A stretch of DNA of 59,609 nucleotides from Candidatus Hadarchaeota archaeon. GTDB lineage: Archaea; Hadarchaeota; Hadarchaeia; Hadarchaeales; Hadarchaeaceae. Made by a program: the position numbers and the translations under genes. Of this stretch, positions 1-9,876 are shown piece after piece (the first letter of the stretch is position 1; every line of letters starts with the position of its first letter). Location of the stretch: positions 1 through 59,609 of the forward strand of contig CAYFPZ010000094.1 in NCBI GenBank assembly GCA_964345105.1. The letters are read 5' to 3'. The notes below the pieces were generated by a model, which was not told the DNA's origin, searched no databases, and saw nothing but the letters and a program-made list of their open reading frames with translations.

Positions 1-899
1 CCTTCCTCGAGCGAGGTCTTTGGTTTGAAGCTTAAGATTTTCTTAGCTTTCGTGATATCGGCCAGACTGTGCTTGATGTCGCCACCCCGGGGAACCTCGT
101 AAATTGGCTTTAGTCTGCTCTTACCAACCAACCTCAAGAACAGCTCGCAAAGTTTGTTAATGCTCGTCGACTCTCCCGTTCCGATGTTCATTACCTCTCC
201 CGCCACGCCCTCCCGCTCGAGGGCAAGCAAGGTCGCCTCGGCAACATCACCCACGAAGATGAAATCCCGCGTTTGTTCGCCTTCGCCATAAATGATCGGT
301 GGCTTGTCACTGCGGAGACGTTCGAGGAATTTCATCATTACGCCCGCATATTCACCGAAAGTTTGTCTTGGCCCGTATACGTTGAAATAACGCAGGCAAA
401 CGGTCTCCAGCCCCTCCCGCTCATGGAAAGCCAGACAGTTTTTCTCAGCCGCGAGTTTCGAGCTAGCGTATGGTGAAAGCGGTTGGAGTGGCGCATCCTC
501 GCTTATCGGGAGTTTGGCCTGTTCACCGTAAACCGCACATGACGAAGCGAAAACGAATCGCTTGACACCATGCCCCAAGCTGGCTTTGAGCAGCGTCAGC
601 GTCCCATCAACGTTCACACTACGGGCGAACTCCGGGTCCTTAATCGAGAGAGGCGCACTTATCATCGCCGCCTCATGTATGACGACATCGACCCCCGCCA
701 AAGCCCGTTCGACTGCTTCGGCATCCCTGATATCGCCTTGGATGAATCGGAAAGCAGGGTTGCCTGTGTGGGTTTTCAGGTTGTCCATGGTGCCGCTGGA
801 GAGGTCGTCAAAAACTTTAACGGAGTGGCCCCTAGCTAGAAGTTCGTCGACCAAATGCGAACCGATAAAGCCCGCACCTCCAGTTACCAGAACCTTCAT
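1..899 (-). CDS. NAD-dependent epimerase/dehydratase (extended SDR, UDP-glucose 4-epimerase-like); C-terminus cut by window edge
   Basis: Absent from the ORF track because it runs off the left edge. My reverse-strand translation from ATG (CAT at 897-899) reads MKVLVTGGAGFIGSHLVDELLARGH...SPYASSKLAAE...RYFNVYGPRQ, showing Rossmann GxxGxxG plus catalytic YxxxK. Confidence 0.9.
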   Translation of the reverse strand, partial: MKVLVTGGAGFIGSHLVDELLARGHSVKVFDDLSSGTMDNLKTHTGNPAFRFIQGDIRDAEAVERALAGVDVVIHEAAMISAPLSIKDPEFARSVNVDGTLTLLKASLGHGVKRFVFASSCAVYGEQAKLPISEDAPLQPLSPYASSKLAAEKNCLAFHEREGLETVCLRYFNVYGPRQTFGEYAGVMMKFLERLRSDKPPIIYGEGEQTRDFIFVGDVAEATLLALEREGVAGEVMNIGTGESTSINKLCELFLRLVGKSRLKPIYEVPRGGDIKHSLADITKAKKILSFKPKTSLEE

Positions 900-1025
900 C
901 TCTACCCCTCTCTATTTTTCATGACTAGACTATAATAGACAAAGCCTACGAACATCCAAACCCGCTCACCTAACTATCGATTAAGCTGAATTATTATAAG
1001 GTTCAAAGCGAAGAAAGAACGGAGG

Positions 1026-1937
1026 TTGCAAATGCGAGTGCTCGTCACGGGTGGTGCAGGCTTCATAGGCTCAAACCTCGTTGAGGCGCTTGTCGGGCAG
1101 GGAGATGATGTTATTGTACTCGATAATTTTTCGACGGGGACGGTGGAGAACTTGGAGAAGGTTCGCGACCGAGTAAAAACCGTTCAGGGGACCTGCACAG
1201 AAATCCTAAAATTGAAGCTTCAACCCGAGTTGATTTTTCACCTTGGCATTCCCTCCAGCTCGCCCATGTATCGCGAGAACCCCCTGCTCGTTGGAGAGGC
1301 GATAAGCGGCTTCATGAACGTGATGGAGCTCGCCAAACAAAATCAAGCAAAAGTAGTCTACGCCTCCAGCTCGAGCATGTATCGGGGCTGTCCGAGACCC
1401 AATCGCGAGGATGTGCAGACCGCGCCATTCGACTACTACACCGAGGCTCGACTTGCGATGGAACGCTTGGCGCGAGTGTACCACCAGTTTCACGGCGTTT
1501 CTTCGGCAGGGATGCGCTTCTTCTCCGTCTACGGGCCCCACGAGCGGGCGAAGAAAAAGTATGCAAATGTAATAACCCAGATGATCCTCAACGATGAATT
1601 TACAATTTATGGCGATGGTTCCCAGACGAGGGATTTTACCCACGTAGATGATGTCGTTAGGGCACTTGTCCTTGCAGCGGGGAAGGACGGAGCTTTTGTT
1701 TTTAACGTTGGGACCGGGAGGGAAACGTCTTTCAAAGAGGTGGCGAAGTTGATACAAGAAATAAAGCCGTTAAAAATCAAATACTTGCCAAACCCGATAG
1801 AAAATTACGTCGATAGAACTCAAGCTGACATAAGCTTGGTGAAACGTGAATTGTCTTGGGCTCCCACCGTAAAGCTTGAGGATGGAATCAGGAGAACGGC
1901 AGAGTATTATGGGAAAGGACGTTCCAAAAAACAGTGA
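1026..1937 (+). CDS. NAD-dependent epimerase/dehydratase paralog (extended SDR)
   Basis: MRVLVTGGAGFIGSNLVEAL (GxxGxxG) and FFSVYGP. Divergent from the upstream paralog. The true start may be the Met at 1032. The YxxxK position reads YTEAR. Confidence 0.88.
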   Translation: MQMRVLVTGGAGFIGSNLVEALVGQGDDVIVLDNFSTGTVENLEKVRDRVKTVQGTCTEILKLKLQPELIFHLGIPSSSPMYRENPLLVGEAISGFMNVMELAKQNQAKVVYASSSSMYRGCPRPNREDVQTAPFDYYTEARLAMERLARVYHQFHGVSSAGMRFFSVYGPHERAKKKYANVITQMILNDEFTIYGDGSQTRDFTHVDDVVRALVLAAGKDGAFVFNVGTGRETSFKEVAKLIQEIKPLKIKYLPNPIENYVDRTQADISLVKRELSWAPTVKLEDGIRRTAEYYGKGRSKKQ

Positions 1938-1952
1938 CAAAACTGTGATTTT

Positions 1953-2363
1953 ATGAAAACATGGTTCAAGGAACTGAGCTTTTCAACGAGCAAGGCGCGC
2001 GAGGTAATCGATTTAACGGACAAGGTCATCTCAGCAGTTCGAGAATCTGGCATAAAAAATGGTCTGCTCATCGTGCAACTTCCTCACGCGACAGCCTCGC
2101 TCGTGCTGAACGAGAACGAGTCGGGAGTCAAGCGGGATATGCTCAAGCAGCTGAATGAGTTGATTCCGGTTGAGGGAAACTACGAACACGACCGCATCGA
2201 CGACAACGCGCATGCACATCTGAAGTCGGCATTCATAGGCTCCTCGCGGGTTTTACCAATCATCGACGGGCGCGTAGTTCGGGGCACTTGGCAGAACTTT
2301 CTGGTAATCGAGCAGGATGGTCCTCGAACCCGCAGGCTCGTCGTCTTCGTGATGGGTGAGTGA
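1953..2363 (+). CDS. YjbQ/UPF0047 family protein (secondary thiamine-phosphate synthase-like)
   Basis: 136 aa. Family-typical LLIVQLPHATASLVLNENESGV...DDNAHAHLKS...GTWQ...EQDGPRTR. Confidence 0.8.
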   Translation: MKTWFKELSFSTSKAREVIDLTDKVISAVRESGIKNGLLIVQLPHATASLVLNENESGVKRDMLKQLNELIPVEGNYEHDRIDDNAHAHLKSAFIGSSRVLPIIDGRVVRGTWQNFLVIEQDGPRTRRLVVFVMGE

Positions 2364-2367
2364 TTAA

Positions 2368-2886
2368 GTGATAGCGTATCTCGACATCGAGACCAACGCC
2401 GTGAAAGCCGATCGAGGCATGATTGTGGCAATCGGCTTGCTCAAGGGAGAGGAACCGGTGGTCAGGTTTGCGGATACTTCTGAGGAGGAGCGGAAGTTGC
2501 TCGAATGGCTCCGCGATGAACTGGAGGGCTGCAGCAAACTCGTGACTTGGTACGGCCCGGGGTTTGACATACCCTTCCTGCTCGCGCGCGCAGCCCTACA
2601 CCAAATTGACCTCAGCAAATTGATCGACATCCCCATGCTCGACCTCTGTGAGTGGTCCCGCGGGCACTTGCTTCTCTCCAGCTACAGGCTTGAGTCAGTT
2701 GCACGATTTTTCGGAAATCAAAGGGCCCTCGAGTTTCATGGCGGCGATGTGGGCGCCCTTTTCAAGCTGGCCGCGCGGGGCGACCACGAGGCGCGGAAGC
2801 TAATTGTCGACCACTGCAAGGAAGACCTGTTGTTGCTCAAGCACGTCTACGAGCGGCTCAAACCACAAATTGAGCGGCCCGAGTAG
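2368..2886 (+). CDS. RNase H-fold 3'-5' exonuclease-like protein (PolB-exo/YprB-like)
   Basis: GTG start. N-terminal YLDIET (Exo I DxE-like), later WYGPGFDIPFL and C-terminal HCKEDLLLL (Exo III-like). 172 aa. Confidence 0.6.
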   Translation: MIAYLDIETNAVKADRGMIVAIGLLKGEEPVVRFADTSEEERKLLEWLRDELEGCSKLVTWYGPGFDIPFLLARAALHQIDLSKLIDIPMLDLCEWSRGHLLLSSYRLESVARFFGNQRALEFHGGDVGALFKLAARGDHEARKLIVDHCKEDLLLLKHVYERLKPQIERPE

Positions 2887-2908
2887 AGGGGTTAGTACGG
2901 AAGAGCTT

Positions 2909-3457
2909 GTGAGAAAGATAAAAGCATGCACGCTTTGCGAACTTCATTTCTCACGTAAAAATGCCGTCCCGGGGGAGGGACCGCTAAAAGCCGAAATCTT
3001 ATTCTGCGGCGAGGCCCCCGGACACAACGAGGACCTCCAATCGAAACCCTTCGTGGGGAGTGCTGGAAAATTTTTGAATGAACTTCTTAAAATTGCTGGG
3101 CTTCGTCGCGAAGATGTTTACGTCACCAATGTTACTAAATGTAGACCTCCGGAAAACCGTGACCCCTTTGATGACGAGATTGAAACTTGCACTACAAACT
3201 ACCTTCACCAACAAATTGCGATGATAAAACCGAAGCTTGTGGTGGCGTTAGGCAGGATAGCCGCGCGCGTCTTGCTTGGTCAGTATGTGGTAATGGGGAA
3301 GGAACACGGCAGGCTGCTCGATTGCACATACGCTGGTGCGAGCTTCAAGCTTTTCCTTACCTATCATCCGGCCGCAGCCCTATACGGTGCCGAAACGAAA
3401 ACTAGATTACAGGTGGATTTCAAAAAGCTCGGACAAATCATCAAAAATATGGTATAA
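2909..3457 (+). CDS. udg: Uracil-DNA glycosylase, family 4
   Basis: CTLCEL...GEGPLKAEILFCGEAPGHNEDLQSKPFVGSAGKFL...VYVTNVTKCRPPENRDP...HPAAALY. The track ORF starts at 2804 (83-nt overlap with the upstream gene). The in-frame GTG at 2909 is a more compact start. Confidence 0.88.
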   Translation: MRKIKACTLCELHFSRKNAVPGEGPLKAEILFCGEAPGHNEDLQSKPFVGSAGKFLNELLKIAGLRREDVYVTNVTKCRPPENRDPFDDEIETCTTNYLHQQIAMIKPKLVVALGRIAARVLLGQYVVMGKEHGRLLDCTYAGASFKLFLTYHPAAALYGAETKTRLQVDFKKLGQIIKNMV

Positions 3458-3462
3458 CTGAA

Positions 3463-4140
3463 TCAAAATTTCTTTAAATCGAAAACTTTCACTTTTTTTC
3501 GCTTCAGAAGCTCGGCCGGGATGTCCCAAATTGCCTTAGCCCGCTTGATTATCGCACGGTCACTGCTTGCGACAACATCAAATGAGCGGAGATTCAAATC
3601 AACTCCACCGATCGCTTTAGCATTGCCCTTCATTCCCGCTTGCTCAAGTCGCCGCCTAACTATGCCGGAGAGCTCACCGCTCCTACTCACTTGTTTGTCA
3701 AACAAGAGCTCGACGTGACTTGGCTTTGCTCTAGCGATAATCCGCAAAAGCTCCGCAAGCGCTCGCGTGGTTGCATGAGATATACGATACTTGCCGAAGA
3801 TCGCACGCAGATCTCGTATGTAGCCATCGTCGCATCGCACGACTTGTTTGCGGATGAAAATGCTCTCAAGAGTTATTAGGACGTTGTAGCCGTCAACACC
3901 TAGGCGCTTGCCTCGAACGGCGCTTGCGCTGATAGCTTTTCGGCGATGCTCGGCTACTTCAAGTTTGGAGAATACGCAGCGCGCCAGCAGGTGGCGTTGG
4001 TTAAGCGGAAAGCGGTAGTGGTTGGCTACGAAGTTCACGGCTGACTCACGAGGGTAACCTTGGTTGAGCAGATAACGCAGGTCCTGCACTGCGCGCACGA
4101 CTTTTCCTTGAACCAATATTACTCCCGACAGGTCAATCAA
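3463..4140 (-). CDS. DUF434-like N-domain fused to NYN/YacP-like predicted ribonuclease domain
   Basis: 225 aa. RLGVDGYNVLITLE and VVASSDRAII resemble the DGYNV...TSD acidic motifs of YacP/Rae1-type NYN domains. The N-terminal about 75 aa resemble the archaeal DUF434. Confidence 0.55.
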   Translation of the reverse strand: MIDLSGVILVQGKVVRAVQDLRYLLNQGYPRESAVNFVANHYRFPLNQRHLLARCVFSKLEVAEHRRKAISASAVRGKRLGVDGYNVLITLESIFIRKQVVRCDDGYIRDLRAIFGKYRISHATTRALAELLRIIARAKPSHVELLFDKQVSRSGELSGIVRRRLEQAGMKGNAKAIGGVDLNLRSFDVVASSDRAIIKRAKAIWDIPAELLKRKKVKVFDLKKF

Positions 4141-4146
4141 CCTTTC

Positions 4147-7038
4147 TTACTCGATGAAGATCGCTGGCCTCATGGGAACCGCGAGCCTAGCGCGGTCCTG
4201 CGGATCATATCTCGCGGCATCATCGGCTTTGAACACGCGCGCCTCTTTCACGTTCAGCTGTTCTCGGACAAAATCGGCGGCCTCGAGCAGAACCTGTAAC
4301 TCATCGATTTTGGTTTTTTCCAAGGTCTCGAGTTCCTCAGAGGACATCCCGCGAAGCTCCTGCACCGCCTGTTGGAGGAACTTCGACAGGTCGGATTTGC
4401 GCAACTTTAGTTTTAATTTCTCTCCGATTTCACGGAGAAGCACGCCGAAGTCAATCTTTCCTGCCCTCACGCGCCTCATGGCGATGCGATAGGCCTGCCA
4501 TTTCCAATCCTGCGCCACGTACAGGCAAACCTGCTTTGGTTTCTTCACCTTTGTCACGTGGAGGATTTTCCCCACATCCTCAAGCACGCGCCCGAGGTAG
4601 CTTTCCACCAGCTCAACCCCCTCGTCGATGAGTCTCTCCTCCACCTTTGGCCAAGGAGCCACCGAGATGAAGCTACTTCCCTTTGCGCGCTCCCACAGTT
4701 CTTCGCAAATGTGGGGCGTGAACGGGGCGAGCAAGCGGAGCCATACATTGAACACCTGCTTCAGCATGTGGGCGCGTGCCTCAGGCTGCCGCGCTCGTTT
4801 CATGTACCGTCGCAGATCTTGCATGAGGAAAAAGAAAGCGTGCTGTACCGCCTTGCGCGTTTCGAACGCTTCGAGCGCTTCGGTCACCGCTTGAACGTGC
4901 CTCTGGAGCCGACTCAGCATCCATCGCTCGGGTTGGGCTAAGCTCGGACGCCCCGTCTTGGGTAGCGCGAGAATTTCTTCGGCCAATGAGTAAAAGCGCT
5001 CCAAGTTCCTCCGCATAGCCTCAACCTCGCTGGTCCGCCAATCCAGATCCTGCCAAGGTTCCGCAACCGACATCAGATAAAGCCGCACCGTGTCTGCACC
5101 GTGTTCTCGAACGGCTTCGTTGATCGCGATGATGTTTCCCTTCGACGAGGACATCTTCTCTCCCTCAAGCACCGCCATCCCGAACGAAATAATGCCGCGA
5201 GGACAGAGCTTGGGGAAAAGCATTACGTGATGGAAAATGTGGAAGGTGAGGTGGTTAGGAATCAGCTCGTTCGCCGACATTCGGTAGTCGAGAGGATACC
5301 AGTACTCGAACTCGCGACGCATCCGCTTAAGGGCCTGCCGGTCGATGCCTGTGGAACGAGAAATCGAATCAGCACTACCCTTTCCGTGAAAAATGTAGTC
5401 GAAGACTTCGTCGGTGAGCTTCGCGGGGTCGATGGTTTTGAGAATGTGTGCAATCGTGTAGTAGGCCATGTATATCGTCGAGTCGCTGAGGGACTCAATC
5501 ATCCACTTGGGATCCCAAGGTGCGGGCGTCCCCATCCCTATGCTGCGAGTGCACGGCCACTCGTGGAGCCACCCGATGGTGTGTTCAAACTGTGCTCGCG
5601 TTTCAGGAGGCACCAAGTCCATCCGCGCTAGGCAAGCTCGCGCCTTTTCCTTCCAACCTTCGTTCGCGTAGTTCAGGAACCACTGATCCTCGACTACTTT
5701 CACCGTCACGGGTGTGCCACACCTACAGACTACTGGTTTTGCCGAGAACTCGTGCATCGTAGCAGCCTCGTTGTTTGCCAGCATGTCATCGCGCACGGCC
5801 GTTTTGGCTCGCGAGACTAGCATGCCCGAGTATTTCGGAACCCAAGAGCGCATTCTACCTTTCGCGAACTCGTTTCGGTAGACCTCAGCAGTAGCTTCTT
5901 CGAGGCGGGGGTCGGTTTGATCCTTGATCCCAATTCGATTGACGACATCTATTGCAGGAAACTCGCCTAATCCTTCGACCTCGATGAGTGAGATGGGCTT
6001 CAGTCCTTTCACATCTCTGGAGTTTACCCCGTGAGCTTTGAGTGTGTCCGGGTGTTTTTGGAGTTCAAGTAGAGCGACATGGTCGTAAGGTGCGTGCGAA
6101 GGGACAGACCCAACCACCCCTGTAGCATTGTCCGGGTCGACGAACTTAGCGGGGAGGATGGGGACTCGTTTGTGGGTAAGCGGGACTTCTACCTCTCTAC
6201 CGAAATTTATCTGAATCGACGAAATCTCTCCGACCTGATATCCTTGCTCGCGTAACTTCTCGACTGCTTGCTCGCTCACAATCCATCGCTCACCGTTCAC
6301 TTGAGCGCTAACGTATTTCACATCAGGATTGAGCCAAAGGTTCGTGACCCCAAAAATAGTTTCGGGGCGAAGTGTAGCAGCGGGGAGCACGTAGTCATCT
6401 ATTCGATATTTCAACAGAGTGAACTCGACTATTCCAACACCCTCACCCTCAAGCAAATCGTGGTCGGTCACAGGATTCCCACAGCCCGGACACCACTTCA
6501 CCGGGTGCTTGCCTTTGACAATCAAGCCCGCGTCGTACAGCTTGTGATACTGCCACGCGATGAATTTGCTGTAGGAGGGGTCGACAGTGGTGAACTCCCG
6601 CCGCCAGTCGATCGAGTAACCTAACCATTCCATCCCTTTTCGGTAACTCAACTCGCTCTCGCGGGCGAAGTGGGTTGCGAAGTAGTGAGGATCTTCAAAC
6701 TTCGGCAGTTCGGGCTCAGCAACGCCGTAGCGCTCAATGAGCACCCGCACAAAATCAGGCTCTCGGCGAATGACACGCTTAGCAGCTCCGACGATCGGGG
6801 TTCCTGTGAAGTGGTAGGCCATAGGAAACAACACATTAAACCCCCCCATTCGCTTGTAGCGCGCAATCACGTCGGGCACGGTGTAGGTGCGCCCATGCCC
6901 CACATGCATGGGGCCGGAAACGTATGGGTAAGCAACAGTTAGGTAGAACTTCGGTCTCTTGTTCGGGTCGGCCTCAAAGAGTTTTGCCTCACGCCATGCC
7001 TGCTGCCACTTGGCGTCTAGCTCCTGAAAGTTCATCAT
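4147..7038 (-). CDS. leuS: Leucyl-tRNA synthetase (archaeal/eukaryotic type)
   Basis: 963 aa. PYVSGPMHVGHGRTY (HIGH-class motif), KMSSSKGN (KMSKS) and a CP1 editing insert. Confidence 0.97.
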   Translation of the reverse strand: MMNFQELDAKWQQAWREAKLFEADPNKRPKFYLTVAYPYVSGPMHVGHGRTYTVPDVIARYKRMGGFNVLFPMAYHFTGTPIVGAAKRVIRREPDFVRVLIERYGVAEPELPKFEDPHYFATHFARESELSYRKGMEWLGYSIDWRREFTTVDPSYSKFIAWQYHKLYDAGLIVKGKHPVKWCPGCGNPVTDHDLLEGEGVGIVEFTLLKYRIDDYVLPAATLRPETIFGVTNLWLNPDVKYVSAQVNGERWIVSEQAVEKLREQGYQVGEISSIQINFGREVEVPLTHKRVPILPAKFVDPDNATGVVGSVPSHAPYDHVALLELQKHPDTLKAHGVNSRDVKGLKPISLIEVEGLGEFPAIDVVNRIGIKDQTDPRLEEATAEVYRNEFAKGRMRSWVPKYSGMLVSRAKTAVRDDMLANNEAATMHEFSAKPVVCRCGTPVTVKVVEDQWFLNYANEGWKEKARACLARMDLVPPETRAQFEHTIGWLHEWPCTRSIGMGTPAPWDPKWMIESLSDSTIYMAYYTIAHILKTIDPAKLTDEVFDYIFHGKGSADSISRSTGIDRQALKRMRREFEYWYPLDYRMSANELIPNHLTFHIFHHVMLFPKLCPRGIISFGMAVLEGEKMSSSKGNIIAINEAVREHGADTVRLYLMSVAEPWQDLDWRTSEVEAMRRNLERFYSLAEEILALPKTGRPSLAQPERWMLSRLQRHVQAVTEALEAFETRKAVQHAFFFLMQDLRRYMKRARQPEARAHMLKQVFNVWLRLLAPFTPHICEELWERAKGSSFISVAPWPKVEERLIDEGVELVESYLGRVLEDVGKILHVTKVKKPKQVCLYVAQDWKWQAYRIAMRRVRAGKIDFGVLLREIGEKLKLKLRKSDLSKFLQQAVQELRGMSSEELETLEKTKIDELQVLLEAADFVREQLNVKEARVFKADDAARYDPQDRARLAVPMRPAIFIE

Positions 7039-7046
7039 GCCCCTCC

Positions 7047-9797
7047 TTACGCTTGTTGCTTCTCACATGTTTCAAGTGCTTTTCGGAGCGCGGCGATCAA
7101 GTAATCTGCTTTCGGGCCGCCTCCTTGACCAAGCTCTGGTTTTCCACCGCCACCACCGCCCAGCACCTTCGCGGCTTCGGCAGCTATCGCGCCGCAATCA
7201 GCCCCTGCAATCACGGCTTCCTCTCCAGCCATCGCCACAAGCTTGGCCATTGCATCGCGCACGCCAAGCACAACGACTAGCCTCTTAGCTTCCCGTGTCA
7301 GGGCACTCGCGATTTTGATTAACTCATCCGTACTGGCGCCCTCAACCTCCTCGCATATCGCTTGCACTTTTCCCACCTGTTTGATTTTCGACCGAAGCTC
7401 GATGAGTCGGAGTTCAGCAAGCCGATCGCGCAATCGGTCAAGGTCTTTCTGTACGGCCTTCCACTCGTCTAAGAGCTGCTGGGCCGCTGCCGCCGTCCGC
7501 TCGGGCGTAGCACGCAGGATTTCTGCCGCTTTGGCGAGTTGCCGTTCCTGCGCTTGCACGAACTTCAGCGCGGCCTCTCCGACAGCGAACTCGACCCGCT
7601 CTACGCCATCTTGAATCCGTTCGGTTCGTATAATCTTGATGAACCCAACTTCACCCGTGCGCGAACAATGAGTTCCAGCGCAAGCCTGGGTATTCCAACC
7701 TTCCGCTTCCACCACTCTAAGTTTCTTTCCTGGCACGATTCCTCCTTGGTAAAGGTCGAAGCCGTACTTTCGCTCAGCCTGATTTCGATCCATCCATTCA
7801 GTGTTCACCGGGCGGTTCTCCATCACTATTTCGTTAGCCAAGTGTTCGATTTCCCGCAGCTCCTTGGGCTCAATGCGCTTGAAGTGGGAGATGTCCAATC
7901 GTGTGCGCTCAACTCCTTTCTGCACCCCATGTTGCCAGACATGGTCACCAAGCACTCGTCGGGCCGCCCCAAGCAGAATGTGAGTCCCGGTGTGATGACG
8001 CATGAGAGAGCTGCGGCGCGCCCAATCAATCTTCCCATGCACACGTTGCCCAGCCTTAAAAGGATTCGTCTTCACGCGGTGCAGGATTATGTCGCCAGAT
8101 TTTTTGGCATCCACAACCTCGGCCTTGGTTTTCCTGACTTCAAGCGACCCTACATCGCTCGGCTGCCCTCCACCTTCCGGGTAAAATAAAGTTTGGTCGA
8201 GCACGACGTAGTCATCGATAGTTTGCAAAACTTTCGCTTTGAACTCCCGAGCGTATGGATCCTTGTAGTAAATGGTCTTCGTCGGGGAGAGGCGGCGAAG
8301 CTTCTCCTTCGAGACAGGAGCTGCGGCTGCTGGAACATGTCGGGCTCGACTGTGAGATTTCGCAACCCTGATGTAAAAATCCTCAGGAACCTCCACCACA
8401 ACACCAGCCTTACTAGCAACCTCTTTCACGATGTCAGGTGGGAGCCCGTGGCTATCATAGAGTTCGATGAGCTTCTCAGAAGAAAGGGGTTTGCCCTCTG
8501 TACGGAGCCCCCCCGCGAGTCTCTCGACCAGCTTGCTCCCCCGCGAAATTGCGTCCCGGTAGCGCCGCTCCTCGAGCTCGATTACCTCCAAGATGTAACC
8601 CTCCTGCTCTTTCAGCTCGGGGAACTGAGGCGTGAGGTGCTTGAGCTCGAGCGCCATTAGTTCCGCGAGCGGTCCCTTGAGTCCCAGATCTCGAAGCAAA
8701 CGTAGGGTGCGCCGGAGCACGACGCGCGCGAGGTAGCCTTCCTTGACGTTGCTTGGGGTTATCCTATCCCCAAACATGAATGCTAGACATCTCAGATGAT
8801 CAGCAATTGCGTAAACGGCCTCAAGCGGACCCAAGAGTTTGTCCAGCTCCTCAACGCTCACACCTGTGCGGTCTGCGACCTTTTTCCGAAGCGTGAGAAG
8901 GTCTCGCCCCGTCTCGATGTCCATTAGCCCGGCGAGTTTTGAGTTTTGTTCTAGTATGTCAGCTGGAGGCATGCGAACTCCAGCAAACTTGCGCAACTTC
9001 TCAACCACTGGTCTGAATATAGCCTCATAGCTCGATGCGACGCCCTGTGAGATCCAAGCGAAGCGCTCCAAGCCATAACCCGTGTCGACAATCTTTAGGG
9101 GGAGCGGCGCATATTTGCCATCCTTGCTTACGTATTGCATGAACACAAGCGTCGCGAGCTCCAGACCGCGCACGTTTACTTCAAAGTCTTCTCCAGCGTT
9201 TCCTCCACCTTCCCAAAAGTCCTGGATGTAGGAGATTTCATTAGGACGAATTCCTAACTCTTTCGTTAAGAACTCGTGGCAGAGGGCAACGGTTTCGTTA
9301 TTCCAATAGATGCGTTGGCGACGGGAGTTGAAGGCGTGGTGACCGCCCATGAAGAAGAGCGTGAAGTGCCGTCCCGAGCGCCCGACATTGTCGATGTCCT
9401 TCAGACGGATGCTGGGCTGGCTCACAACGAGGGGGTTCGCTGGAGGCGGAACCAAGCCGCTCGTTACCCAAGGCTGGAAGTCGGCAATTGAGGCAATCGT
9501 GAGGAAGATATCATCGCGCCACCGGGCTACGACTGGATAGCGCTTAATTACCTCGTGTCCCCGACGCCCGAAGAACTTCAAAAATGAGCGTTCCATATCA
9601 ACGAGCGAGTATTTTCGTTTTGTAGGAGGTGCGTTAATGAATCTGTATTCATCACAAGGTGTGTCACCGCAGGTCTTCCGCCCCGACTCAAGCGTCCAGA
9701 AAGTGCGCCCACAGCTCTGGCACTGCCTGCGCTCGAAGCCCTCCCGCTTGAAAAGGGCCGCCTTGTAGATATCCTTCACGCTCTCCCCACCAAGCAA
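7047..9797 (-). CDS. alaS: Alanyl-tRNA synthetase (archaeal type)
   Basis: 916 aa. N-terminal Zn motif CQSCGRTFW, editing-domain HHTGTH...CAGTHC, C-terminal GGGGGGKPELGQGGG (DHHA1-like). The track start is TTG at 9797. The in-frame GTG at 9779 is an alternative. Confidence 0.96.
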   Translation of the reverse strand: MLGGESVKDIYKAALFKREGFERRQCQSCGRTFWTLESGRKTCGDTPCDEYRFINAPPTKRKYSLVDMERSFLKFFGRRGHEVIKRYPVVARWRDDIFLTIASIADFQPWVTSGLVPPPANPLVVSQPSIRLKDIDNVGRSGRHFTLFFMGGHHAFNSRRQRIYWNNETVALCHEFLTKELGIRPNEISYIQDFWEGGGNAGEDFEVNVRGLELATLVFMQYVSKDGKYAPLPLKIVDTGYGLERFAWISQGVASSYEAIFRPVVEKLRKFAGVRMPPADILEQNSKLAGLMDIETGRDLLTLRKKVADRTGVSVEELDKLLGPLEAVYAIADHLRCLAFMFGDRITPSNVKEGYLARVVLRRTLRLLRDLGLKGPLAELMALELKHLTPQFPELKEQEGYILEVIELEERRYRDAISRGSKLVERLAGGLRTEGKPLSSEKLIELYDSHGLPPDIVKEVASKAGVVVEVPEDFYIRVAKSHSRARHVPAAAAPVSKEKLRRLSPTKTIYYKDPYAREFKAKVLQTIDDYVVLDQTLFYPEGGGQPSDVGSLEVRKTKAEVVDAKKSGDIILHRVKTNPFKAGQRVHGKIDWARRSSLMRHHTGTHILLGAARRVLGDHVWQHGVQKGVERTRLDISHFKRIEPKELREIEHLANEIVMENRPVNTEWMDRNQAERKYGFDLYQGGIVPGKKLRVVEAEGWNTQACAGTHCSRTGEVGFIKIIRTERIQDGVERVEFAVGEAALKFVQAQERQLAKAAEILRATPERTAAAAQQLLDEWKAVQKDLDRLRDRLAELRLIELRSKIKQVGKVQAICEEVEGASTDELIKIASALTREAKRLVVVLGVRDAMAKLVAMAGEEAVIAGADCGAIAAEAAKVLGGGGGGKPELGQGGGPKADYLIAALRKALETCEKQQA

Positions 9798-9876
9798 ATA
9801 TCAGGGTGAAGGTTAAAAGTTTCGCCGGTCAAAGCCACACGATTTTAGCTCAGAAAAATTGGAGGTTGAACTTGTA

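Noticed and set aside
4154-9540. Many 60-216-aa ORFs antisense or out of frame inside leuS and alaS (for example 5101-5631, 7539-8189, 8193-8660).
   Set aside because: They are embedded in two aaRS genes that are very well supported. They have Ser/Arg/Pro-rich low-complexity translations typical of shadow frames.
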